Position numbers and translations under genes: made by a program. From positions 224,001-288,000 of the forward strand of contig CBFGTS010000001.1 in the NCBI GenBank assembly GCA_965652295.1: 64,000 bases of DNA, read 5' to 3'. Shown one piece after another: positions 20,214 through 29,171 of the stretch (positions are counted from its first letter, which is position 1; each line of letters begins with the position of its first letter). The notes under the pieces are model-generated. The model was not told where the DNA came from. It did no database searches and saw only the letters and a list, made by a program, of their open reading frames with translations. Source of the stretch: an uncultured Haloferula sp. (GTDB taxonomy: Bacteria > Verrucomicrobiota > Verrucomicrobiia > Verrucomicrobiales > Akkermansiaceae).

Positions 20214-23200
20214 ATGTCTGGCCTCAATTTGTCGGCTGGTTCAGCCTCTCTTCCTGATTGCCTCCGCGCCTTCGCGCCGGCTCGCATCCGGGTGCTTTTC
20301 GCCATCGCGGGTTTCGTCTCAAGTGCTGCGCTACCCGCGTCGGCAGCCCCCGTGCTGATCCACCGCTACAGCTTCGATACACCCGGTGCGGCGGAGGATA
20401 CCGCCACGGGCGGCACGCGGGGCGGCGCACCGGAGCTGCTTCACGGCACTCTGGTGGGAACTGCGACGGTCAGCGGAGGATCGCTGCGGACAAATGGGGA
20501 GGCGAATGGAAAGGCCTATGTCGCCTTACCGGCCGGGGTCACCGCCACGCTCAACGGCTCGTTCACCATCCAGCAATTTGCCACGCCGGAGTTTTCCGCA
20601 GGCTTTTATCAGACCCTCTCCGCTTTCACCAAGCCGGGCGACGACAATCATGATGGCAGCCGGGAAAACCTGCTCATTTCCCAACCCGTGCGCAATCAGG
20701 GCGGCAGTCCTTCCGCCTTCGGCTATCGGCAGGAAGGAGTGAATGGCGGCAATGAATGGCTGCTCACCGGCAGCCCGGGGGACACGGGCGGCACGATGCA
20801 CACGTTCACGACCACCTTCGATGCGGAGGCAGGCACGGCGCGGTATTACCGGGACGGCGTGCTCGTGGCCACCAGCGCGACCGGCGCGCTCGCGGGCTTT
20901 GATCTCTCGCAGCTCACCCAGATCGGTATCAACGGCCGCGCTCCGTGGAACGATCCGAGCCTCTCGGGCTCCACCCAGGAATTCCGCATCTACCGGGGTC
21001 TGCTCACGCCCCAGCAGGTGGCCGCGACCGTGGCAAACCCGGACCTCACCTCCGCGGAATTCGAGGCTGCCGGCATTGATGTCCCCGGCGGAGCGCCCGC
21101 GCTCGTGGATCGCACCGTCGTACAGTCGAGCCGTTGGCATCCTTCGCAAATCCTGGCCTGGTCTCCCGCGACCGACCCGCTCGCGCCCTACAACCGCAGT
21201 GTTGTCCCGTTGGCGGAACGTTTCACCGCACCGAAGGCTTCGGACAACCCCGCGCTCAACGCGCTCTGGAACGTGAACCCGCACGCGCGCCCGGAAGAGG
21301 CCCGCGTTCAGGCCGTCACGACGTTCAACACCATCCCCGCCGGCATGCCCAACGGCTTCCGCACCACCCGGCTTTATGCGCCGAGCATGTGGCAGTATCT
21401 CGACAGCATGGCCTTCTGGGGCAGCTCGGACCGCGACGACCGGGTCATCATGTGCCCGACCGCGCACACCATCGATGCCGCGCACCGCAACGGCGTCCGC
21501 ATCTACGGCAAGATCTTCTTCCACTGGAATGCCTCGCCGGACGATGTGGCGCTGCGTCGCATCCGCGATCTCATCCAGAAGGACGGCGACACCTTCCCTG
21601 TGGCCGACAAGTTGATCGAAGCGGCGCTCTATTACGGGTTCGATGGCTGGTTCCTCAATCAGGAGAACTATCAAACGAACTCGGCTGACGCGCAGGGAAT
21701 CCGCGACTTCATGGCCTATTTCCGGGCTAGGTCCGAGGACATGGGTGCCTCTCACCTCAAGATGGAGTGGTACGACGCGATGGCGGAAAACGGAAACCGC
21801 TCCTTCCAGAACGCGCTGACGAACAGCAACGACGGCTTCATGAAGTCCGGGACGAATGTCACCGATACGGGCAGCACGCTGGCGGCCCATGAGATGTTCC
21901 TCAACTTCTGGTGGTACTACAACAGCTCCAACCTATCCAATTCCCGCGCGCTCGCCCTTTCCCGCGGCATCGATCCCTATGATCTCTTCGCCGGCATCTG
22001 GACGGAGAACTATCGGAACTATGGCAAAACGCCGGATCCGAACAGCGCGGGGAATCTCGACATCACCTGGAGCCATCTTTTCCCGGAAGGCGCTCCGCAC
22101 AACACCTCCGTCGGTCTCTTCGCCGCGGAAACCCCCTGGTTCAAGGCACCTTTCCCGGCGGGAGGCGTGGCGCAGGATCAAATCTACTGGTCTGGTCCCA
22201 ACAGCGATCCGACCGATACCGTGCCGGCCGCTGGATCGCCCACGCCGAACTGGTACGGCCTGGCCCACTACATTCCGGCGAATTCGGTGATCACCCGGCT
22301 GCCGTTCGTCACGAACTTCAATGTGGGACAGGGATCTTTCTACAAGATCGACGGCACCACGGTCATGACCGGTCCGTGGACCAATCTCGGAGTGCAGGAC
22401 ATCCTCCCGACCTGGCGATGGATCGTCACCAGCACGGGTGCCGAGACGCTGACTCCTTCGCTCGATTTCACGGAATCCTATTACGGCGGCAGCTCGCTCA
22501 AGGTCACGGGTTCGCTGCAAGCGGGCGTCGCTCAGGAGATCAAACTCTATCAGACCCGCCTGCCAATCACCTCCGAAACCTCGCTGAAGCTGATTTACAA
22601 ACCGGGAGCGGTGGACAATTCCCGGATCCAGGTGGGGTTCGCATTCGAGGACGCACCGGGAACGATGGTTTACTCCAATGCGGCACGGGCGTTGACCACC
22701 TCAGGCTGGAGTTCGCTCACGGTTCCGATGAGCGCCTACGCGGGTCGCAGTCTGGCGCTGATCACGTTGCGTTTTTCCAGCCCGACGACTCTCGGCAGCT
22801 ATACGACAGCCATCGGCCGCATCCAGGTTTCCGACGGTCCGATGGTCGCGCCCCAGGCTCCGTCCGCGCTGGTGTTGGAAGGAACGATGCCCAATCCCGA
22901 CGAAGCCTTCTCGACCACCTTGCGGCTGAAGTGGGCCGCCTCGCCATCACCGGTGCTCTACTACAACATCTATCATCGCCGGGACGATGCCGCCGAGTCG
23001 CCGCGGGTGTGGTTGGGCGCAACGGCCAACGATCACTTCGTGGCGCAGGACGTCCGCCGTTTCGGAACGGAAGCTGCGGGTTTCATCGATGTCGAGGCGG
23101 TGGGCCCGGATCATGGGACCTCGGCACCGGCGACCACGCCCGGAGCGACCTTCGAGTTCGAACCCTATCCGAACCTCCATCGGCCCTTGATTCCGTCCTA

Positions 23201-24917
23201 TCCGGTCTCCGCGCCGATCACGGTCATCGGCAGCGGGACGAACCCCGCGAACATGACCCGCGCCTTCGACAACAACACCGCCAATTTCACCGAGCCCGGT
23301 GGAGCGGACAACGCCTGGGTGGGGATCGATCTGGGGGCCGGAAATGCGGCGAAGGTGACCGCCGTGCGTTTCTTTCCACGGGCGAACGAGGCCAACCGGA
23401 TGCTCTACGGAAGGTTCCAGGGATCGAACACCGCGGACTTCAGCTCCGGCGTCGTGGAGTTGGTCAGAGTGGAAACCCGTCCTCTTGGAGGCGTCTACAC
23501 CACGCTCACGGTTTCCGATCCGGGAACTTTCCGCTACCTGCGCTACCTTTCGCCGAACGGCGGCTGGGCGAACGTGGCTGAGATCAAGTTTTACGGAGAT
23601 GGCGATCCGCTTCCCGCGCAGCCTCCGCTCTCGCTCCAAGCCACGGTTTCCGGCTCCACGGCGAACCTCAACTGGCTGCCCGCGCTCTCCGGGATGACCA
23701 ACGGCTACCATGTGCTGCGCTCGACGGTGAACGGGGGTGACTACACGACGGTCGCATCCGGGGTGAACGCGACAAGTTGGCAGGACTCCGGACTGCAACC
23801 CGGGACGATCTACTACTACCGGGTGGTTGCGGAAAACGAGCTTGGTACCAGCGAGGCGTCGAGCCGCCTCGTCGTTTCCCCGCCCGCTTCGCGCAAGCTC
23901 GGCGGTTCGGTGATCGGCACCAACGGCTCCTGGAACAACCTCGGCGACGACAAATTCAAAGTCTTCGACGGAAATCCCGGCACCTTTTTCGACGCGGTGG
24001 AGGGAGATGGAGCCTGGGCCGGTCTGGATCTCGGCAGCCCGAAAAAAATCACTTCGATTCGCTACAGCCCTCGCAATGCCGACAACTGGTTGGCCCGAAT
24101 GGTGGGCGGCGTGTTCCAGGCTGCGGACAATCCGGCGTTTACCAATCCGGTGACGCTCTTCGTGGTGCCCTCGATTCCGGTGATTCACACCTACACCATC
24201 GCGTCCGTGGAAGACGTGCCCAGCTACCGATACGTGCGGTATCTCTCGCCGTCGGGAGCCCATTGCAACATATCGGAGGCGGAATTCTACGGAGTCACGG
24301 TCCCGACGGCACCCTCTGCGGTGGCGATTTCCCCTCAACCCGCCAGTGCCGAGCTGGAATGGATTTCCGTTGCCACGGCGGTTCAGTACCGGGTGAAGCG
24401 CGCGACGACCATCGGCGGTCCCTATCAGCTGGTGGGCGAAACGCTCGGCACCCGCTCTTACGACGATCAGGGACTGGATCCCTACACGACGTACTACTAT
24501 GTGGTGAGTGCGGTCAATGAAGCCGGGGAAAGCCCGCCCTCAAGCGAGGTCGTGAAACAGGATGCCTACGGTGCCTGGCTCATCGCCGCGGGCGGAACCT
24601 TGGAGGGTCCGGGCAGTGGATTCGATGAAAAGCTCGACGGCACGGGACCTGCGAACGGAGCTCGCTACATGATGCCGGATGGCGTGGAAGTCCGTGCCGC
24701 CGCGGCCTCCCGCGAGGTCGGTGGAGTCGTCCGGAATGATCCAAACGTGACCGTTTCGCTGTGGCGGTCCGACGATCTTACTGGGTGGGCGGAGGTGCCT
24801 TTCGTGGATTCCTCCGACCAAAGCAACGTGGACGAAGGCTTCCGCCGGGTGGGGGCGGTGATCGAGGGGCCCTTCGACGGGCAGCCGGTGTTCTACCGCT
24901 TCGAGTTCATCCGTTGA
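20214..24917 (+). CDS. Multidomain endo-beta-N-acetylglucosaminidase GH85 (LamG-like + GH85 + FN3 + F5/8-like repeats)
   Basis: YNRSVVPLA.RF, WQYLD..FW, IDAAHRNGV, YYGFDGWFLNQE (catalytic NxE), WYDAM, QDILPTWRW; FN3 repeats (YYYRVVA.N, YYYVVSAVNEAGES). The start is uncertain (20187-20290). Confidence 0.88.
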   Translation: MSGLNLSAGSASLPDCLRAFAPARIRVLFAIAGFVSSAALPASAAPVLIHRYSFDTPGAAEDTATGGTRGGAPELLHGTLVGTATVSGGSLRTNGEANGKAYVALPAGVTATLNGSFTIQQFATPEFSAGFYQTLSAFTKPGDDNHDGSRENLLISQPVRNQGGSPSAFGYRQEGVNGGNEWLLTGSPGDTGGTMHTFTTTFDAEAGTARYYRDGVLVATSATGALAGFDLSQLTQIGINGRAPWNDPSLSGSTQEFRIYRGLLTPQQVAATVANPDLTSAEFEAAGIDVPGGAPALVDRTVVQSSRWHPSQILAWSPATDPLAPYNRSVVPLAERFTAPKASDNPALNALWNVNPHARPEEARVQAVTTFNTIPAGMPNGFRTTRLYAPSMWQYLDSMAFWGSSDRDDRVIMCPTAHTIDAAHRNGVRIYGKIFFHWNASPDDVALRRIRDLIQKDGDTFPVADKLIEAALYYGFDGWFLNQENYQTNSADAQGIRDFMAYFRARSEDMGASHLKMEWYDAMAENGNRSFQNALTNSNDGFMKSGTNVTDTGSTLAAHEMFLNFWWYYNSSNLSNSRALALSRGIDPYDLFAGIWTENYRNYGKTPDPNSAGNLDITWSHLFPEGAPHNTSVGLFAAETPWFKAPFPAGGVAQDQIYWSGPNSDPTDTVPAAGSPTPNWYGLAHYIPANSVITRLPFVTNFNVGQGSFYKIDGTTVMTGPWTNLGVQDILPTWRWIVTSTGAETLTPSLDFTESYYGGSSLKVTGSLQAGVAQEIKLYQTRLPITSETSLKLIYKPGAVDNSRIQVGFAFEDAPGTMVYSNAARALTTSGWSSLTVPMSAYAGRSLALITLRFSSPTTLGSYTTAIGRIQVSDGPMVAPQAPSALVLEGTMPNPDEAFSTTLRLKWAASPSPVLYYNIYHRRDDAAESPRVWLGATANDHFVAQDVRRFGTEAAGFIDVEAVGPDHGTSAPATTPGATFEFEPYPNLHRPLIPSYPVSAPITVIGSGTNPANMTRAFDNNTANFTEPGGADNAWVGIDLGAGNAAKVTAVRFFPRANEANRMLYGRFQGSNTADFSSGVVELVRVETRPLGGVYTTLTVSDPGTFRYLRYLSPNGGWANVAEIKFYGDGDPLPAQPPLSLQATVSGSTANLNWLPALSGMTNGYHVLRSTVNGGDYTTVASGVNATSWQDSGLQPGTIYYYRVVAENELGTSEASSRLVVSPPASRKLGGSVIGTNGSWNNLGDDKFKVFDGNPGTFFDAVEGDGAWAGLDLGSPKKITSIRYSPRNADNWLARMVGGVFQAADNPAFTNPVTLFVVPSIPVIHTYTIASVEDVPSYRYVRYLSPSGAHCNISEAEFYGVTVPTAPSAVAISPQPASAELEWISVATAVQYRVKRATTIGGPYQLVGETLGTRSYDDQGLDPYTTYYYVVSAVNEAGESPPSSEVVKQDAYGAWLIAAGGTLEGPGSGFDEKLDGTGPANGARYMMPDGVEVRAAAASREVGGVVRNDPNVTVSLWRSDDLTGWAEVPFVDSSDQSNVDEGFRRVGAVIEGPFDGQPVFYRFEFIR

Positions 24918-24966
24918 TCATTTACTGGCCTCGGCCTGCACCCGGTGGATAGTTGATTTAAAAAGA

Positions 24967-24980
24967 TGTTCGAAAGAACA
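24967..24980. promoter_or_regulatory. LexA (SOS) box, Verrucomicrobia type TGTTC-N4-GAACA
   Basis: Exact TGTTC-GAAA-GAACA inside the longer palindrome AAAAAGATGTTCGAAAGAACACCTTTTT, in an AT-rich intergenic stretch about 95 bp upstream of the ATG at 25075. Confidence 0.75.
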
Positions 24981-25074
24981 CCTTTTTGTCTTGATGTCCG
25001 GAATGGTCGTGATAGAAGCATCATCCGTGGACCGTGAATCGCGGCCCCCATCCCAGCAACAGCCTGACATCATC

Positions 25075-25593
25075 ATGAAAGCCGATAGCGCCACCCTGCC
25101 CGAAACCGATGCCCGCGCCGATGCTCCACACGAGGGGTCCCGCGATGCAGCCAATGCAGCCTATCTGAACCGCCTGCCGCAGCATGCGATTTACAAGCCG
25201 AACTCGCGTGGGAGTGGCGGCGTCGTCCGCTTCGAGCTGAACCTTTTCAAGAATTCCGTTTTCGTCGATGCGGCGCCGCAGGTCGGCGAGCGCCAGTTCG
25301 ATTGGGACGCGAAGCTGACGATGAAATGGGGCATTCCCGATCTCGGAGCCGCGCTTGCCGTGCTGCAAGGTCGTCAGCCGGCAGCGAACCTCTTCCACCG
25401 TTCCGAGCACTCGAACAGCGCCTGCGAACTCGTCGCCCGGGCCGATGCCGAGCGCGCGCCGTATCTGCTGAGCCTGTCGCGGCAGGAGGAGGACAAGTCG
25501 GTGAAGAAGGTGACGATCCCCTTGACTCACGCCGAGGCCGCCGTGCTGGAAACCGTGCTCCACCGCGCCGTGGAACGGCTGGTGGGGTGGTGA
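25075..25593 (+). CDS. Whirly-like putative ssDNA-binding protein
   Basis: AIYK ... VFVDAAPQVGERQFDWDAK ... LFH ... LSLS ... IPLTHAEAAVL ... RLVGW matches the recalled plant Whirly order SIYK ... FAPAAGVRQYDWSRK ... FFH ... FNLS ... IPVTKAEFAVL ... YLLGW. Confidence 0.7.
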   Translation: MKADSATLPETDARADAPHEGSRDAANAAYLNRLPQHAIYKPNSRGSGGVVRFELNLFKNSVFVDAAPQVGERQFDWDAKLTMKWGIPDLGAALAVLQGRQPAANLFHRSEHSNSACELVARADAERAPYLLSLSRQEEDKSVKKVTIPLTHAEAAVLETVLHRAVERLVGW

Positions 25594-25854
25594 CGCTTCT
25601 GCGTCATGCACCTCCCTCGCAGCTGTTGGCGTGGCGGCGGATTGCATCCGCCATGCCGCACTGATCGATGGAGGCGCTGCGGGGAAGGCGTCTGCTCAGG
25701 ATCGGGTTTCGGCGACTAAATCCGTCGCGACCGCCCGAACTCCGAGACCGCCCTTGTCGAACAGCTTTGGTGCATCGGCGGGACGATGTCGGTGAGTGGC
25801 TCGGGGCACAACGAAACCGTTGCACAACGAAGTTGTTGTTGAGCCCTCTCTTTC

Positions 25855-28578
25855 TCAGTTCGCGACGATGTTCACCAGGCGTCCGGGGACGACGATGATC
25901 TTGCGGATGGTCTTGCCGGCGAGTTGCTCCTGGACCTTGTCGGTTGCCTGGGCGGCGGCTTCGATGTCTTCCTTCGGTGCGTCTTTTGGGACGGTGATCT
26001 TGTCGCGGAGCTTGCCGTTGATTTGGACGACGATCTCGATCTCCGACTCGATGAGCGCGGCTTCGTCGTGCTGCGGCCAGGGTTGCTTGGCGAGCTGGCC
26101 GGAGTTGCCGATGAGGCGGTGGATTTCCTCACTCAGGTGAGGAGCGAAGGGGTTCAGGACACTGAGGAGCAGGGTGAACTCTTTCAGCGGGACGACCTCG
26201 GCGGCGGTGAAGGCGTTGGTGCAGACCATCATCTGCGAGATGGCGGTGTTGAAGGACATGCGGGCGATGTCGTCGGTGACCTTCTTGACGGTCTCGTGGA
26301 CGACCTTGAGCAGGGCCTTGTCGGTGCAGGGGACGTCCTGGAGTTTTTTGGAAACGGTCCACTCGCCGGCCTGGTCCTGTTCCATGGCCACGCGCCAGAC
26401 GCGGGCGAGGAAGCGGGAAACGCCTTCGACGCCTTTCATCTGCCACGGCTTCACTTCGGTGAGCGGGCCCATGAACATTTCGTAGAGGCGCAGGGCATCG
26501 GCCCCGTACTCGCGGACGACTTCGTCGGGGTTGACGACGTTGCCGCGGGACTTGGACATTTTCTGCCCGTCCTCGCCGAGGATGAGGCCCTGGTTGACGA
26601 GCTTCTGGAAGGGCTCGTTGGTGGAAAGGTGGCCGAGGTCGTGGAGGACCTTGTGCCAGAAGCGGGCGTAGAGGAGGTGGAGGACGGCGTGCTCGGTGCC
26701 GCCGACGTAGAGATCGACCATGCCGGTCGCGCTGCGCGCGGAGTGATCAGTGCCGAGTGCCGAGTGATCAGTGGAACTCTTGCCGGCGACGCCGGACCAG
26801 TATTGTTCCGCTTCGCGGGAGATGAAGCGGTCGTTGTTACGGGGATCGCAGTAGCGGAGGTAGTACCAGCAGGAGCCGGCCCACTGGGGCATGGTGTTGG
26901 TTTCGCGCTCGAACTCGTCGCTGTAGGCGATCCAGTCGGTGGCCTTGACCAGCGGCCCGCGGGGGTCGCCGGTGGGCTTGAAGTCCTCCATTTCGGGCTG
27001 GAGCAGGGGCAACTCGCTCTCAGGGAGAGGCTCGTGATCGCCGGTTTCCTTGTTCCAGAGGAGCGGGAAAGGCTCGCCCCAATAGCGCTGGCGGCTGAAC
27101 AGCCAGTCGCGGAGCTTGTAGTTGATGCGGCGGACGCCTTTGCCCTCGGACTCGAGTTCAGCAATAATTCTCTGTTGAGCAATTGAAACGGGGAGTTCCG
27201 AATAGTTCCCAGAGTTTTTCAGGATTCCAGCAAGACTCGTAAACGGTTTTTCAATCGACCAAATCTCTACAATTTTGCCGTTTTCGTCCACTCGATGAGC
27301 TTCGTGTGGCTTCGATAGGCCCAAGTCCTTTCCAGTTGGGAAAACCGGATCTACGAAGATCCAATCTGAGTTGGGTTCAACAACCTCGCGTATCTCCAAT
27401 CCAAAATTCGTGGCAAATTCGCGATCTCTTATGTCGTGGGCGGGGACGGCCATGATGGCTCCGGTGCCGTAGCCCATCATGACGTAGTCGGCGATCCAGA
27501 TGGGGATGCGCTGGTCGTTGACGGGATTGATGGCATACGCGCCGGTGAAGACGCCGGACTTGTCCTTGTTGAGGTCGCCGCGTTCGAGGTCGGACTTGCT
27601 GGCGCAGGTCCGGACGTAGTTCTCGACCGCTTCCTTTTGTTCCGCGGTGGTGATTTCCGCGACGAGCGGGTGCTCGGGGGCGAGGACCATGTAGGTGGCA
27701 CCGAAAAGGGTATCGGGGCGGGTGGTGAAGACGGTGATCTGGGCTTGGCGGATGGAATCCGCCGCCACGTTGAAGTGCACTTCCGCGCCCTCGCTGCGGC
27801 CGATCCAGTTCTTTTGCAGGAGCTTGATGCCTTCGGGCCAGTCGAGCGGGTCGAGGTCGTCGATGAGGCGCTGGGCGTACTTGGTGATGCGGAGCATCCA
27901 CTGGCGCAGCGGCCGGCGCTCGACGGTGTGGCCCTTGGATTTCCATTCCTCGACTTCCTCGTTGGCGAGGACGGTGCCGAGATCGGGCGACCAGTTGACG
28001 GGGGCCTCGTGGATGTAGGCGAGGCGAACGGCGTCGATCTGCTCGCGGGTCCAGCCTTTCTTCTCCAGCTCGGAAACGGGAGCTGCCTTGCCGGTTTCTT
28101 CGTCGAAGTAGGACTTGTAGAGCTGGAGGAAGATCCACTGGGTCCAGCGGACGTATTCGGGATCGGTGGTGGCGATCTCGCGATCCCAGTCGTAGCCGAA
28201 GCCGAGGGACTTCAGCTGGCGGCGGAAGTTCTCGATGTTGGCCTCGGTGGTGAGGCGCGGGTGTTGGCCGGTTTTGATGGCGTACTGCTCGGCAGGCAGG
28301 CCGAAGGAGTCCCAACCCATCGGGTGGAGGACGTTGAAGCCCTGGCGCAGCTTGGTGCGGCCGATGATGTCGGTGGCGGTGTAGCCCTCGGGATGGCCGA
28401 CGTGGAGGCCGCTGCCGGAGGGATAGGGAAACATGTCGAGGACGAAGAACTTCGGTTTCGAGGGGTCGAAATCCGGATCGCCGGGGTTCGGGGTGCGGAA
28501 GGTTTTTTCCGCGTCCCAGAGCTGCTGCCAGCGCGGCTCGAAGTCATCGAAAGGGAAGGGCTTGCGGCGGTCGGACAT
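25855..28578 (-). CDS. leuS: Leucine--tRNA ligase
   Basis: [14 protein letters not shown] (HIGH), FTTRPDT and [14 protein letters not shown] (CP1 editing domain), SRQRYWG, KMSKS. Confidence 0.98.
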   Translation of the reverse strand: MSDRRKPFPFDDFEPRWQQLWDAEKTFRTPNPGDPDFDPSKPKFFVLDMFPYPSGSGLHVGHPEGYTATDIIGRTKLRQGFNVLHPMGWDSFGLPAEQYAIKTGQHPRLTTEANIENFRRQLKSLGFGYDWDREIATTDPEYVRWTQWIFLQLYKSYFDEETGKAAPVSELEKKGWTREQIDAVRLAYIHEAPVNWSPDLGTVLANEEVEEWKSKGHTVERRPLRQWMLRITKYAQRLIDDLDPLDWPEGIKLLQKNWIGRSEGAEVHFNVAADSIRQAQITVFTTRPDTLFGATYMVLAPEHPLVAEITTAEQKEAVENYVRTCASKSDLERGDLNKDKSGVFTGAYAINPVNDQRIPIWIADYVMMGYGTGAIMAVPAHDIRDREFATNFGLEIREVVEPNSDWIFVDPVFPTGKDLGLSKPHEAHRVDENGKIVEIWSIEKPFTSLAGILKNSGNYSELPVSIAQQRIIAELESEGKGVRRINYKLRDWLFSRQRYWGEPFPLLWNKETGDHEPLPESELPLLQPEMEDFKPTGDPRGPLVKATDWIAYSDEFERETNTMPQWAGSCWYYLRYCDPRNNDRFISREAEQYWSGVAGKSSTDHSALGTDHSARSATGMVDLYVGGTEHAVLHLLYARFWHKVLHDLGHLSTNEPFQKLVNQGLILGEDGQKMSKSRGNVVNPDEVVREYGADALRLYEMFMGPLTEVKPWQMKGVEGVSRFLARVWRVAMEQDQAGEWTVSKKLQDVPCTDKALLKVVHETVKKVTDDIARMSFNTAISQMMVCTNAFTAAEVVPLKEFTLLLSVLNPFAPHLSEEIHRLIGNSGQLAKQPWPQHDEAALIESEIEIVVQINGKLRDKITVPKDAPKEDIEAAAQATDKVQEQLAGKTIRKIIVVPGRLVNIVAN
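26741..26775. repeat. Five tandem heptamers (SAGTGNN) inside leuS
   Basis: GAGTGAT CAGTGCC GAGTGCC GAGTGAT CAGTGGA, translating in leuS as [12 protein letters not shown]. Confidence 0.75.
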
Positions 28579-28755
28579 GGTCGGAAAAAGTTCGGAGTTT
28601 CCCTTGAGGGGGCGCGGAAATTGGCCAAAGGGGCCGGATTTGAAAAGGAAAACTCCCGCTGCGCCGCAGGGTGGCGTCGGGAGGAGCGCGCGGTTTTTCC
28701 GGTTGCGGCATCGGGAGGCCCCTCTTTCTTTGGGATGGCTCCCGCGCTGCCAATC

Positions 28756-29157
28756 ATGCCCATCCCCTCTGCCCCGTCCCCGAATACCCGCCGATTGAAG
28801 ATCCTCATCGCCGACGATGGTCGCAACGCTGCGGACGTGATGGGGCTGTTTTTCGAGCTGGAAGGCCATGAACCCATGGTGGTCTACGATGGCGGGGCGG
28901 CGGTGGAGGCGGTGAAGGATTTCGGCCCGGACGTGATCGTCATGGACCTGACGATGCCGGGAATCGACGGACTGGAAGCCGCACGGGCGATCCGCCGGCT
29001 GGACCCTGGGAAGCGGCTCCGGATGTATGCCTGCTCTGGAGGTCCGCCGGAGGAGGATGCGCGGCGGGCGAGGGAGGCGGGCTTCGATGGCCACCTGCCG
29101 AAGCCGGTCACGCCGGACATGCTGCGGGAGTTTCTCGCGGCGCAGGCGGCGGGCTGA
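28756..29157 (+). CDS. Single-domain response regulator receiver
   Basis: [27 protein letters not shown]. Confidence 0.88.
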   Translation: MPIPSAPSPNTRRLKILIADDGRNAADVMGLFFELEGHEPMVVYDGGAAVEAVKDFGPDVIVMDLTMPGIDGLEAARAIRRLDPGKRLRMYACSGGPPEEDARRAREAGFDGHLPKPVTPDMLREFLAAQAAG

Positions 29158-29171
29158 CCCGGTGGGCGCGC

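Noticed and set aside
25695..25825. Minus-strand peptide NGFVV...KLFDKG reminiscent of an HNH nuclease tail
   Set aside because: Too short, with no start codon or HNH histidines in register; chance similarity is likely.
25855..28578. Diversity-generating retroelement or intein as the explanation of the leuS patch
   Set aside because: No reverse transcriptase or template repeat in the window, and no intein terminal residues or sufficient length.
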